A DNA stretch of 64,000 bases from Amoebophrya sp. A120 (GCA_905178155.1 CAJINV010000001.1:5832750-5896749); one strand, 5' to 3'; shown: positions 1 through 12,700, counted from the first letter of the stretch. Numbers and translations: made by a program. Notes: generated by a model not told the origin, from the letters alone.

Positions 1-7
1 GACGAAG

Positions 8-1981
8 GTGCTGCGCCACCAGAACGTTGTGGGATGGGAGGCCTCGCCGTCGGTCATCTACGGCTTCATTTCGGAGCACCTTCGGAATTCCGACGAGAGC
101 CTTTTGCGGGAGGCCACCACGGCCTGGGAGCACGCCCGGACCTTCCTGAACAGCTTGCGGACAAATGCCGCGATGAAGCACATCCCGGACTTTTCGTGGA
201 AAGCCAACCGGCTGCTCCGGGCGCAGTCCCCGCTGCTGTTCGCGTCGGACGTCTTGCTGGTGATGAAGTACGACGAGATTGTGATGCCCGTGTTGCACAC
301 GCTTGATGAGTCCCCCATGTACGACGCTCGGCGCGAGGCTCACATTCTGCGCCGGGTCCTGCAGGACGCCGCGTTTCACGAGGGGGAGAGCCTGGTGTGG
401 GAGCGGGCGCGCTTGGCGAAGGATTACAACCAGGTCCCGGTGGAGTACCAGAGCGACCCGCGCGTGATCGCGCACTTCCTGATGAACGGCGAGCGGTGCA
501 TGCCAGACGTGGCGGCGGTGGGGAACGACTACAAGCTGCTGTCGCAAGACAACCCCTATCTGTTGGAGCTCGCGCGGACCCACATGTTCAGTCCGTACCA
601 CAAACTCGACCCAACCACGGGCGACTACCCGAAGGCCGACCCGCAGACCCTGTCGCGGCACCTGAAGGCCCTCGGCCCGCTGACTGATCCGGGCGGCGCG
701 GAGTTCGCCGCCATGTACACCCCGATGGCGCTGCAGCACCTGGACGCGAAGAGCATGTCCAGCGACGACATTCGGTCCGTGTTCGCGGCCGTGCTGTTGC
801 AGCACCGCGTGCCGGCGGTGATGCAGTTTGCGCCCCCAGAGCTGCGGTCGGACCCGGTTTTCTTTCTGCAGATGGTGCACGCCGGCGTGCCCGGCCGCAC
901 CAGCCTCCCCTTCGCCACCATTCCCGCCGACCACCCGGAGCCGGAAAGGCTGTACGAGTTGGCGCGAGAAGTGATGAAGCACGACGCGAAAAGTCTCGAC
1001 GCCATCCTGCCGTGGCTGCTGAAACTGGGCGCCGCCGACAAGAAGGCCGGGATGGCGCTGCTGCGCGAGGTGTTCGAGCTGGCCATCCGCGAGAACTGCC
1101 GCGCCTACATGCTAGCGCCCATGCACTTGAAGAGCGACGTGGACTTTCTGCGCAGCGCGTTGACCAGCTGCGACCCGGACCAGAGCATCGCGGAGAAGAT
1201 CCCGCATGACGTGATTCTGAAGAACCCGGAGATTCTCTCCCTCGCAATGGACACCACGCCGGCGCTGACGCAGTACAACCAGCTCAGCGAGCAGCTGAAG
1301 AACGGGGCGGTTATCATGGAGCGGGCGATCGCGCGGTTCGATCCCGCGGCGCAGCCACCCTTGGCGCCCGCAGCGCAGATCATTTGGGAAAGACGGCTCG
1401 TGACCGACTACGTGCTGGGCACCTACGACAAGCAGGCCGCGCACACCCCGGAAAGCAATCAGAAGGTTCGCAGTCTCCTGCTCGCGGCGGTGCAAAAGCA
1501 GCTGATCTCCTACTGCAGCGTGCCCACGACGTTGCCCTCGGACGGGTTCGTTTTGAAGGACGCCGCGTTTCTGGAGGAGGCAATCAAGGGCGGCGCGTCG
1601 TTCAAAAACTGCTTCCTGTCCAAGGAGGAGATCGGGTCCAACCCTGGTCCCCTGCTCATCCGCATGCTGCGTCGCAGCTCGTACTACGGGGCCGACGTGG
1701 ACGACATTGTGAAGTCCTTCACGAAACACGACCTGCTGCTCCCGCTAATCTTCTTCGAGGAGGAGGAAGCTAGCAGCCTCAACCACGAACACGACGACCA
1801 CGAGGAGGAGGGGGAGCACCGCGCGGCGTACTTTAAAAACATGGACTCATCGGCTTCGTCTTTCCTTTCCAGTGCTAGTGCAGCAAGAACCGCGGCCACT
1901 GATGTCGACGAGAAGCAGCAGTTGGAGGCCCCTGTTGTCGAAGCGGAGAAGCAAGAGGTAAGGAAAATTAAAATCAGATAG
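8..1981 (+). CDS. DUF4116-like repeat protein, probably 5'-partial
   Basis: Long GC3-rich ORF starting at the window edge. Degenerate repeats such as VMQFAPPELRSD and RAYMLAPMHLKSDVDFL resemble the DUF4116 unit. It lies next to a clearer DUF4116 gene. Confidence 0.55.
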   Translation: MLRHQNVVGWEASPSVIYGFISEHLRNSDESLLREATTAWEHARTFLNSLRTNAAMKHIPDFSWKANRLLRAQSPLLFASDVLLVMKYDEIVMPVLHTLDESPMYDARREAHILRRVLQDAAFHEGESLVWERARLAKDYNQVPVEYQSDPRVIAHFLMNGERCMPDVAAVGNDYKLLSQDNPYLLELARTHMFSPYHKLDPTTGDYPKADPQTLSRHLKALGPLTDPGGAEFAAMYTPMALQHLDAKSMSSDDIRSVFAAVLLQHRVPAVMQFAPPELRSDPVFFLQMVHAGVPGRTSLPFATIPADHPEPERLYELAREVMKHDAKSLDAILPWLLKLGAADKKAGMALLREVFELAIRENCRAYMLAPMHLKSDVDFLRSALTSCDPDQSIAEKIPHDVILKNPEILSLAMDTTPALTQYNQLSEQLKNGAVIMERAIARFDPAAQPPLAPAAQIIWERRLVTDYVLGTYDKQAAHTPESNQKVRSLLLAAVQKQLISYCSVPTTLPSDGFVLKDAAFLEEAIKGGASFKNCFLSKEEIGSNPGPLLIRMLRRSSYYGADVDDIVKSFTKHDLLLPLIFFEEEEASSLNHEHDDHEEEGEHRAAYFKNMDSSASSFLSSASAARTAATDVDEKQQLEAPVVEAEKQEVRKIKIR

Positions 1982-2184
1982 TTTATTGCAAAATTTGTGT
2001 TCGCGGCCCTAAGTAGCTCCAGCTTTTTCGTCTCCATCAAGGGTTACAGACGGTGTCTCGCATGTAAGTATGTTTGTATCGTTTTCATGAGGTCGTACCT
2101 CCATGAAGATCTTCTCTTTGTTGATCGTAACGACCATAGCAAGACCCAGTATTGACAAAACAATCATAGAAACAACAGCCTGTC

Positions 2185-5100
2185 ATGGCGGCGCCGGTTC
2201 GTAGCTCGCCTTCTTTGCGCGGAACGCTGCACGCGCAACAGAAGCTGCAGCAGCAGCAGCAACAGCAGTCGTTTGTGCAGGTGCAGCAGGCGTCGACACC
2301 GCCCACAGAAAAGGGGACTGGGGACGAGAAGCAGAACGCTTCTCAAGGAGTAGAAGCTCTGCCCCTTGTAACAAATGGTCAGAATGATGTCCACTTTCCC
2401 GTTTTCAAGCCGGGCCAACCCAACTGGGAGTTCCTGAGCGAGCTGGTGGACGCCTCGCCCCGCACGATAGTTGTACTCTCCAACGAGAATGTACTGCCCA
2501 AGTCGCTCCGCTGCAGCACTCGCTTCATGATGATGATGTTCGTCGACGCGCTACCGGACATCGCAGAATTGCCGGAGGACATGCATCAAATGGTAAGTGC
2601 TCAGAACTCGTTCCAAGGTTCAGCGTTTTTTTTTGTGATGAACTAGGATAAGTAGAAAGAGAGTATCTATAGTGGACTAGAAACCGACGAAGAAGTAACA
2701 GTGGAGAGCAAGCAACGGAAATCAAAACCGCGATGAAGAGCAAAATATCACCGAGATGAAATAAGTAAATTCTAAGTATACCAAATCAAATCTATCAGAT
2801 GAAGAAGTGGCTGGTCGGCACACGGGAGCTCTGTCCGGAAATGGCGGCGGATGATCAGTTTATTGTTGAGGTGATCCAGAGCACCAGTCTTCGCAGCCTG
2901 AACCAGGGCGTGATTTTGAACCTGTTCTTCGACCACTCCAAAACGATGACGGAGCGTGTGAAGCGCGCACTGATATTGGTGAACAAAGGCTTCCTGATGC
3001 TGGACCGGTATGTAAAGGACTCGAACGCGGAGAACCGGGACAAGCCGGACGAGGAGGCGGACTCCAGTCAGGATGTGGCTTATGGAGTGTCAGAATCGAA
3101 ATCGACAAAATCGAAAAATTTGCGATGCATAAAATGCAGGGCACGTAAGGCCTGTATTGGGGAGCAGGCAAATGAGACCGATCACAAGCCTGGTTAGGGG
3201 TATGCAATGCGCTGCCTGATTAGCATGACAGAAGCAGTCTTCTTTGCCCGAACAGCATGACAGACTGGATTTGGGTGCTCCCGAAATTTGTCATGCGCCA
3301 CTCGGAAACTGGGGCTCCAACTGGTGCCGATTTTGTGCATCACAAGTTTTTCGATTTTGTCAATTTCGACTCTGACACCTCCATATGGCCGACATGCTGA
3401 CCGCCTCGCCGCACAAAAGCACGGCGCTGGGCCGGCTGTTTACCACCACCATCAGCGCGGCCATGGAGCGCGTCAAGTTCCGCAAGGAGCGCTACTGGCT
3501 GAAATCGCTGTTTAAGCGAAACATACCCATTTCCGCGAGCACGATTGCGAAGTGGGAGGCCAGTATGCCTGCGCCCGAGGACGCGCAGGAAGCCTTGCTC
3601 CAGTACGACATCGCGCGTTGTGCCGTTGCGGACGCCGCGCAGAACTACCACCAGCTGGGGTCCACTCTGAAGCGCGACAAGCGCATCTTGACCCGGGCCG
3701 TCCGCTTCGACTACGACTTCTACGAACAGAGCGACCCGAATTTCAAGAGCACCCTGGCGTCCGCCCCCTGGAACCTGCGGGACGACTTGGAGATCTTGGA
3801 GCACGCGCTGGCGACCAACGGGCTCGCGCTCCGGTACGCTTTTCCCGAGGAGGCCCTCATCGTGGGCAGCGGACCCCTGCACGACGACGGCGCGGTGGAA
3901 GAGTCGGACAGCGAGGAGGGTCCTCTTCCGAGCGATCACCCACTTCGTGCTCATCAATATCACCCGCACGAAATCCTTCCTGCCGAGCTTCTCCATCAAC
4001 ACGACACGGAGGTTGAAAATAAACCCATGGATCGACCCCCACGGTACCCGGGAGCAAAGCCGCCCGCAGCTTCGCTGCTGCAGCTGCGGCAAGCCGCGTC
4101 AAATGTGGGGTATTTGAACCAGGGCTACCTTCCGGACGAGCTGTATTTAACCGCCTGCGCGGAGAACGGACTCGCGCTGGCGTACGTCCCCCTGGCGGTG
4201 CGGCTGCGCAACCCCGGGGAAGCACCCGGACTGCTGATGATCGCGGTCGAAGAGGACGGTATGGCGCTGCGGTACGTTCCGTCGGCGCTGCGCACCTGGG
4301 AACTGTTGGACGCAGCGGTGAGGGAAAACGGGCTGGCCGTCCAGTTCGCCACCGCGGAGCACGTGTTCGACGTCTCGCGGTACAAGACGCTGATGATGCA
4401 GGCCTGCGGCCAGCGCGGAACGGCGCTGGAGTTCGCGGGCGCCGATAACCTCCGGGATATGGAACTGATTCTGGAGTGCGTGCGGAACGACGGCATGGCG
4501 TTGCAGTTCGTGCCGGTGGACTTGCGCACGGAGGAGGTGAACAAGGCCGCGCTGCAGTCGGAGGGGCGCGCGATCCGCTTCGTGCAGCCCAAGCAGGACC
4601 GGCAGCGCACCGACTACATCCGGCTGGCGGCGGTCACGTTCCGCGGAGCGCTGTGCTACGGGTCCTGGCACGACCGCCAGGACGTGGAGCTGATCGGGCA
4701 AATCGCGGCGGCGGTGGACAAGGTGCGCGCCCGGGGCGGCGGCGTCTACAACGAGCGGCTCGCCAAGGACAACGACATGGGCGGCGGGTTCCGCGCCGAG
4801 CACGACTCGCTGCTCAAATGCGTCCCGCCGCCGCTGCGGTACGACGACGCGCTGCTGGACAAGCTGCTGGTGTCCGATAGCAAGAACACGCTGCTGGAGT
4901 TCTTCTACAACGGCGACGGCAAGTTCATGAGCACCATGCCCCGGGCGCCAATGCCAGGCTCCAGCACAACCTTCAGCATTCTGCCGCGCGGCATGCTTAC
5001 GGCCGAGCGCGTGCTCATGGCCCTGCAGCAGGACGGCTTTGCGCTCAGCGTGCTGCGCATCACCAAGCACGTGTGGAAGTGGGATTTTGCGCGCACCGCA

Positions 5101-5664
5101 GTGATGCGCGACGGCATTTCGCTGGGCATGGTTTCGCACCCGCTGCGCGACGAGCTGGACATCGTGCTCGCGGCGTGTGAGAACGACGGCACGGCCATCA
5201 AGTACGCGTCGGAACGGCTGCAGACGAACCCGATCGTGCGCTACGAATGCCTGCACAAGGACTTGAAAGCGCGGGAAAAATTTATCGAGGGCAGCCGGCA
5301 CCCCTCGCATCTGTCGGGAAACATGGACCTGGCGGGCTTCGAACTGATGGCCGCGCCGGCCACCATTCAGGACGACGACAAGATCAACAAGTTGCAGAAA
5401 TTGGCCATTGGCGCGGCGCCCATGCTTTCTCGCTTCATGAACCGCGAGGTGAGGGGTGCGCTCTGGGATCGCCGAAGGGATCCGGAGTACGCCTTGTCGC
5501 CGGAGATTGGTATGTTCTTGAGCGAGGCGGAGGACAACGCCCACGCGATCGATTTCTCCCTCGCGGTCGATCGGCCGCTGTTCTCGCCCAGTCAGTGGCA
5601 CTGGACCGACGGCCACGAAAACGACAATAAATTTGAGCAAATCGACGACCTGCTGCACCGATGA
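2185..5664 (+). CDS. DUF4116 repeat protein; inferred exons 2185-2592, 2799-~3074, ~3394-5664
   Basis: Repeats ENGLALAYVP, EDGMALRYVPSALRT, NDGMALQFVPVDLR and LRDELDIVLAACENDGTAIKYASERLQ. Intron 2593-2798 is GTAAGT...TATCAG, phase 0 and frame-consistent. The second interruption is a TIR element whose exact boundaries are uncertain. Confidence 0.75.
3073..3396. mobile_element. Introner-like TIR element (non-canonical intron), family C
   Basis: Imperfect ~63-nt inverted repeats ATGTGGCTTATGGAGTGTCAGAATCGAAATCGACAAAATCG... and ...CGATTTTGTCAATTTCGACTCTGACACCTCCATATGGCCGACAT separate two coding segments. Internal GCATGACA/TGTCATGC motifs at 3223, 3255 and 3289. Confidence 0.75.
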
Positions 5665-6747
5665 GCGTCACGCGGTGCGGGCGAGGACTCCGCATACTCA
5701 AATTAAGAACCGCAGGCAGCGTTTGCGTTTGCGAATGTAAATGTGGACATGCAGGGAATGATATCCCTCAATCTAAGGCAAAGTTGAAAATTAGCAACGT
5801 ACTAACTTTGTCTAAAAAAAGTATAATTCAGTAAAAACAGAGTTCGTTGTATACGCGTTTTTGTTTCACCTTGCTCAACTTTCGCATCTGTATGATTTTA
5901 TGAAGTAGAAGCTGTAGTGCTGTCGGTCACCCGCTGACCTGGCCGGATTGATAGAGAGATGGAGCTTGTACAACAAGCCAACAGCCACCTCAATAACAAT
6001 AACGGGCTGCTCTACAACAGCTACCAGTGTTTCCTAGAAAATTTGAGTCTTATTTATTCTTTGCACCTTTTCGAAATGCTTTCACTGTGCACAATCAAGT
6101 TGAAAAAATGTACCCCTGTACAAACCGTACCTAAGTGAAGATGAAACTGACTAAATTTGTGCGGTGGTCGATAGTCTTTGCACTTCCTCTACCTCGAAAT
6201 AGATTGACTCAAGAAAGACGTATGAATCGAATGGTGTGGAGAGCGATGAAAACGAGGATAGGAAATGTTGCATTTTCCCGTGGAGGTTCGGCATGGAGTT
6301 CGTTCCATTCACGATCTGCATAACGAAGTTGCATGTGTTTCGCGACAAGCTTCTTGCACTCGCACGCCTTCGTTTTTTTGAATTACATCGCTATTCGTCG
6401 GAGCTGGCCCTCCTCGGAAGTAGGGAACTCGCAACATACTGGCATCGTTGATCGCAGTCGGATAGGTGCCCATCAATTTCGTTCGGCTCCAGGCGGTAAG
6501 GGCGTACTTGAATTAGAATCATCTTTCAAGAGCGCCTACTACAACTATCCTGGGTGCGAAAATCACATGTAGGAATAACGAGCGCGGGTAAATGTAGGTT
6601 TTTTTGCAAACGAGCGGAAGGTAACAAGTTCACACGACGGCATCCTGTAAAGTGAGTGAGGCCCGGACCTGCGTTGTTTGGTCGTCACTCTTGTTTGCAA
6701 GCAGTTTCGGTTTGTAACCGACGGAAACTGCGCAACGAGCTTCCGCC

Positions 6748-9700
6748 ATGCCCGCGTCCAAAGCGTCCACATCCCTCGGGAGTTCTTCCACTGCTCTCAA
6801 TGCAGGTAAAAACGAGTTGCCGGCGCGGTACAACGACAGTAAGAATGTGCTTTCAACAGCGGGAGACCACGCCGAGCAGGTATCCAATGAAGAGGAGTTT
6901 AGCCAAAGTGCGGAGAAGCTGGCCAAGGCGCTGCCAGACAACTTTGGGGATGTGGTCCACCGAAAGCCCAAGAAACAACCAGCGGGGACGAGTAGTGCAG
7001 TAGCTCATTCATCGTCCAAACCCAAAGCAAAAACTACATCTGTACAAGAAAGCACTTACTACAACGGGTCGCGTTACAACAGCAACAAGTGGCCTTTCCC
7101 GCGACCCGTCTCCGACCGCTTGAGTTTCGTGAAGGAGGTGCTGCAAGTTCACGTGAAGGACCCCGTGCTGCGGAAATGGCTGGTAGACGAGGTCGTGGAG
7201 TATTCCCTGAAAATTAACCATCCCCATCCAATTTGTCATGCAAAACATGTAGTAAAATCTGTGTCTGTCATGCAAAAAGTGGATGGGGATGGTTAATTTT
7301 CAGGGGATATGGAGGTGTTCCGGACGAAGGTAAAGTCTGATCAGCAACGGGAAATGTGGAAGATGCTGAAAGACCAGCTCGACGAGCTGAACCTCGAGTT
7401 GCAGAAGCAGCTGAAAACGGCGTTCCCGGAGTGGTACCTCACCCGCGCAAAAATTCAAGTAATGATGGAGGAGGAAACGAAGTGCCGTATCCTGAGTAAA
7501 AACGTACCCACACCAGAGTTGTAATGCAGATTTGCAAAGACAGGAAGACTTGTAATGCGCATCCCCATGAGAGCCATTTCCAATCGTGTTTTGGAATTTG
7601 TGATGCTGTGAACAGGATGACCAGCTGGATTTGTGATGCGGCTGCACTTGCTAACCTGCACTACTCTGCAGAGTGTAACTTGTCATGCGTGACTCGCATC
7701 GGTCCATTTTGGCTCAAGCCATTTTGGCTCAAGACTTTGTCTTGTTGCCTGAGATCCAACAACGTAGAACAGGGGGAGCTATGCCGTAGAGTAGGATCTT
7801 CATTAATCTCTTCAGCTGCTGTTAAACCACCACTGATGCCACGTCGGTATCTCCCCCGACTCCCTGAAGCGGAGTTTCGAAAAGCCTGTAGATAAACACC
7901 CGAACGTGGCGGGTCCTCTGTGCCCCCTTTTACAGTAGTTTTAGCCAGAGCATCGGCACCCCGAGTGACCATGCGCACAAAGAACAACTAACATGTCCAC
8001 TCCACCGACAAACCGCACTGACACGGAGCCGCCGTGTACCGTCCTACATACTCTCCGAGGCACAGTAAATAGCATAGGAAAGCAAACCTCCACTCCCGGA
8101 GAGTCCGCCCCGCCGCTCCGCTGCGAGGCGAAGGAACGGCAGTCGATGTGACCGAAGGTAATCGGCGGGCCTCCTGATCCGCGCATGCTATGGTCCCGAA
8201 TAGACCAAAAACTGGACCTAAGCATCATGAAGCACGACCCAGCCAGGTAGGAGCCAGGCTTCCAGTGGTGGCGCAATCAATAAGCTGGTCGAGACGCAAG
8301 CGAATCCGCTCGTGTAGTGCAACGTCAGCAAGCCGCGGAGGCCCCTGCGCTGCGAGCTCAATGGACAGCGGCATCAAAGTGGAAGACGCCCGGTCGTCTA
8401 CCGGGCCTCCAGTTCCGCGCATGGTATGGCGCCGATCGGGCCGCGACGTCGGAGTATCGGTGCGCGTCGTGCAACGTCAGGGAGGACCCGGTGCTACGAC
8501 TAGGCACCGGACGGAGACGTGGCGAAAGACAAGCGATTCTCGTCCTTGCGGCAAAACGTCACAAACACATCGGTGGGCAGCGACTAACGCCGAAACAAAC
8601 TTGTCGTTTGCCCGCCCTGTCTGTAAAACCCATGGGCTGGGCCTTGGGACGGGTCTGGTTCGTCAGTGCCATCGGGTGAGCTCGTTGCGACGTTGGTCAG
8701 GCGGAGCTCGTTGCGCTTCGCCCGGGTGCTCCAGACCACGTGGACACGGAAGTAGCGGTATATCTCTAGCTATTTGCGATCTCTGGCTCACCTCCCCCTG
8801 CACTTTGTGCGGGCCGCAAACCCATGTTACATGTTTCACTTTGCATGCACTACTTGTGATCTCGTCCAGTTAGTAGATGAAGGACGTCTTAGAGTGTCGC
8901 TGCGTGTGCCGGGGACGGAGCACGTCCGTCCCCGCCGTCTCCCCCAAAAATGAGCCTCAGGGTGGCAGCTACAATTCGATAGCGCCTCAGCTTTTCCCGA
9001 GAATCCGCTCGTGCTGTGCATCGTCACCATTCCCACGACGGGGCCGAGCCCTAATGCGAGCTCCCGGACCAAGCTGCGGCAGACGGGCCGCCCTCTCCTT
9101 CTCTTCCGGCTACAGACATTCTGCTCATACCAGGCGGTCTAGATACGAACATGGGCCCTACGGCTAAACCGGTACCTCGGGGGCCCTCGGGGGTGCCGGT
9201 TAAGAACCCGCGCAGCCGCAGCCCACAAGGGGACCGATGCGGCTCGGAGAGAATCCGCCTCCTCGCCTCGCGCTAGGCAAACGGGCCGTCCAGTGGGGAG
9301 AAAAACGGAAAAGAGCACTACCTGCCGCGGTCGACAGCCTCTTCTCCGACTTGTTCGTCTTCAGACGCGAGGGTACGGCGGTCAGAGCGTAGGAGGAGGC
9401 CCCTCGGGGAGCCGAAAAATCCGGCCTAGGGCCGTGCCTGAGGACGAACAAAGGGTCGCGGGGCCGGTGCGCCCGACGACCAGATCGGGGAGTCCGCTCG
9501 GGTTGGGCATCGGCGGCAAGCCACGACTTCAACGCGAAGGTATTGCAGGATCGAGGGGGTTAAGACACTAGCAGACCCTGAACGGCTAGAGCGGCAGCGA
9601 CGGGTCGCCCTAGCTGACACGTAGCGGCCGGCCGCATCACCACGAACCCCAAAAAGCGCCACTGTTTAACGGTATTTGCTACCTCGGAGTGCTGCAGAAT

Positions 9701-12700
9701 TTGCTGTTTTTCGATGCTCTTGCATGTTTAGTAGCGCTGCGGTAAATTAAAAATTGAAAATTGACGGTGTTTGCAGCCTTAAAAGATGTATAGAAGCCTG
9801 AAAACGATGCCGGCGTGCACTCGGGGGCGGAGCATGTCCGTCCCCGTCGTTGCTTCAAAATAAAATCCCAGGTTGGCGTGGCTGACAGCCTCCTCCCCGG
9901 CATGCTCGCCTTCAAAAACGAGGACACGGCCACGGCGCAAACGTCCTCTTCAGTGGGGCGCAAGCAATGCACATGCACTGACTCCGCCCCTCCATGTCGC
10001 GCAGCAGGACGAGAGCCCGGACATCTCGCCGTTACTGGTGAAGGGGAAAACAATCCACGGAGTAGTCCTGTCCGTGTTAAATCTGGTGCGGTCGGCAGCC
10101 CTGCCTCCCGCCTGTTCGTCTTCAGCCACGAGGGTACGGTGGTCATAGCTCGGAAAAATGCGGCTCGTTAGACGGAAAAATCCGGCGTCAGGTCGAGTCT
10201 GGGGACGAACAAGAGCTGGGAAGCGATAACGTGCCCCCCAAGGGGGAGTTAATAATTAAGCGTCCCCCACCCACGGAATCCGCTCGTATAATGCATCGCC
10301 TGGAGAACCCGCCCCCTCGCGTTGGGTGCCGCCGATACGGTAGTCGTTTCAGCTAATGCAGCGGCTGCGGGGCACGGCAATGGGCCAGTTTGACGGTAAT
10401 TGCTACCTCGGAACGCTGCAGAACTTGCTGTGTTTCGATACTTTTGCATGGTCAGGGACGCGGCTCTAATTTAAAAATTAAAAATTCACCACGTTTTCAG
10501 CAATAATGGATGTTTACAATGCTTGAAATCTATGCCGGTGTCTCGGCGTGTACTCGGGGGCGGAGCATGTCTGTCCCCGCCGTTGCTGTAAAATATAACC
10601 CCAGGTTGAGACGCAGAGCAGGGGTGAGGACCTGCGGCGAAAGTACAATCTTCAGACACGATGGGACTCGGGCCGGAGCGCAGACAGTGATAGAGGACCC
10701 GGCAGCGGCGGCAGCAGCAGCAGCGCGGGACGATGACGACACCACAATGCCGCAACTAGTAGAACCGGCCCCGCCCCGAGCTGGACCCAAGCCGCACCGC
10801 GATCGCCGACCAGAGCCGGGCGTTCGTGCTGGCGCCGGCCCTTATCCCGGCGGGCTCGAGAACAATCCTGAGAAAGGTACATGAGGCGGCGCCGAAGCAC
10901 ATCGCGGCGGCAATTCGCGCGGCGAACGAGCACGAGCTGCTCCTGGAGCTCGGCCCGCACTGCCTCCGCATCATCCAGCGGCCGGCACACGAAGGTGAGC
11001 TAGAAGCAGACCGCACCCGCGCAGCAGGAAAGGCATTGGCGGCCGGTGTGGCGGTGCCCGGTGGGGCAAAGCGGTACAAGGAAGCAGTCCCGCTAGCCAT
11101 CTGGAGGGCAACAGGAAGCAAAGTAGGTCCTCTGGCCGGGACCTATACAAACCACCCGGACTACCGGGACATCCCCTGCAATGCTGCCGTGGTCGACGCC
11201 CTGGCGCTTCGGCAGACAGACCACGCAATTGGACTGGACCCGCGCAACCATAGCAGGCTCGCAGCGGGTACCCTGAAAAACGCGGGCGGATTTGCGGCGA
11301 ACGAGTGGCCGGCGGGGGACCCGGGAGTGAGCAGTGAGGACCCCGACATCCGCAAGTCCGATAACCCCGGCGACCGGGCAGCCGTCAAAGGAAAAGCGTT
11401 GCAGAAGCGGCTGGAGAGGGCGCCGCCCGACACACCGTTCTGGACCGGCGCCGACAAGCCGGCGCTCGGGGAGGGCGGAGAGGAGGCCATGATCTGTGCC
11501 CCGGTGCGAAAAGTCTCCCGCACCAGCATAGCGGCAAACAGACCAACGCCGCACGGCCGGAGCTGCCCAGACTGCGTCGCAGAAGCACAAGAGATGGCGA
11601 AGAACACGATGGAGGGCAACACGCTCGTCCACCCGTACCTGGCCAGTTTTCTAGCCCCAGAACGAGTGCCGCCGGCGGTCGGACCGTACGCGAACTGGTT
11701 CGGCAGTGAAGCGCCGAACCAGGAGAACATGCGCTACCCCGTATACATCCGGACGCCCGAGGTAACAGCGGGAGCATCAGCAGCAACGATATACAAATGC
11801 ACCAAGTGCGACGCGGTAGGACAGATGCCCAGCATGTTGGCGCACGTGGTTGTGTGCCGAGTGGGGCGGCATGGGCGGGTAGGCAGCATGCTGCTCGGCA
11901 AACTGAGCGCCCTGGCGGCGGGGGAGCGGGATGCGGCCACGCACCAAATAACGACGTCAAAGAAACATCACCTGGCGGAACTGCGGCTCCAGTTGGACGA
12001 GCGCCCGCCCCCGCCCGACATCGAGTGGTCCAAAGGACGGCGAATGAAGATCACACTGCTCAACTTGGATGGCGGACTTCTGACCAACTGGCCGCGCCTC
12101 GTGCATGAGATCACAGAAGCCGCCCCGCTGGTGGTCGTCGTCAGCGAAGCAGATCTCCCACAGGACCTCTCCAAAACTGTCAGCGACCTCATATACTTGA
12201 CCCTCCGGGCGCGATATTTTATCTGGAGGGGAACAAGGTCCATGGCCCTGGTGGCGCACTCCCTCCGCCCGGCAGAGCAGGCAAGGTGCACACAGATCCC
12301 GCTGGCCCCGAGTATGGCAGCAATCCTTGTGGCACACGGAGACCTAGCGGGCGAACTAGTGGCGGGATATATCCCTCCAATCACGGGGGCGACGGGCAGA
12401 GACGAAGTGATGGCGCAGCAGCAGGCGGTGCTGAGGTACCTTTCGGACGCCCCCAAGGACGCAGTCGTGGGGATCGCAGGCGACCTGAACATCAGCACGG
12501 GGTCAATAATGCTGGAACGCCCAAGGCCCAACCCGTTCCGTGCGGCCATAGCAGCTGCGGCCGAGGCGCGGGGGATGCAATCTGCCCTCCTGCCCAGCGA
12601 CGTTACCTACCCCGCAGCGGACTCCCAGCCAGATGCGTTGTTTCTCCGGCCGCACAGCCGGGAAACAGAACTGTGGACACAACTGAAGCTTCCAGAATTC

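Noticed and set aside
4147-5658. 503-aa minus-strand ORF and other long antisense ORFs (14176-15306, 25134-26084, 36349-37242)
   Set aside because: They are shadows of GC3-rich plus-strand coding regions and show no recognisable motifs.
8190-8873. 227-aa ORF in the LINE leader as a possible ORF1/gag
   Set aside because: No CCHC, RRM or coiled-coil signal, and its composition resembles non-coding GC-rich DNA.
9240-9290. CCTCCTCGC resembling the L3 loop of an HDV-like ribozyme
   Set aside because: I could not build P1, P2 and P1.1 by eye. An Infernal or RNArobo search would be needed.
11340-11375. DIRKSDNPGD as a possible 2A ribosome-skipping peptide, as found in Ingi/L1Tc elements
   Set aside because: It does not fit DxExNPGP.
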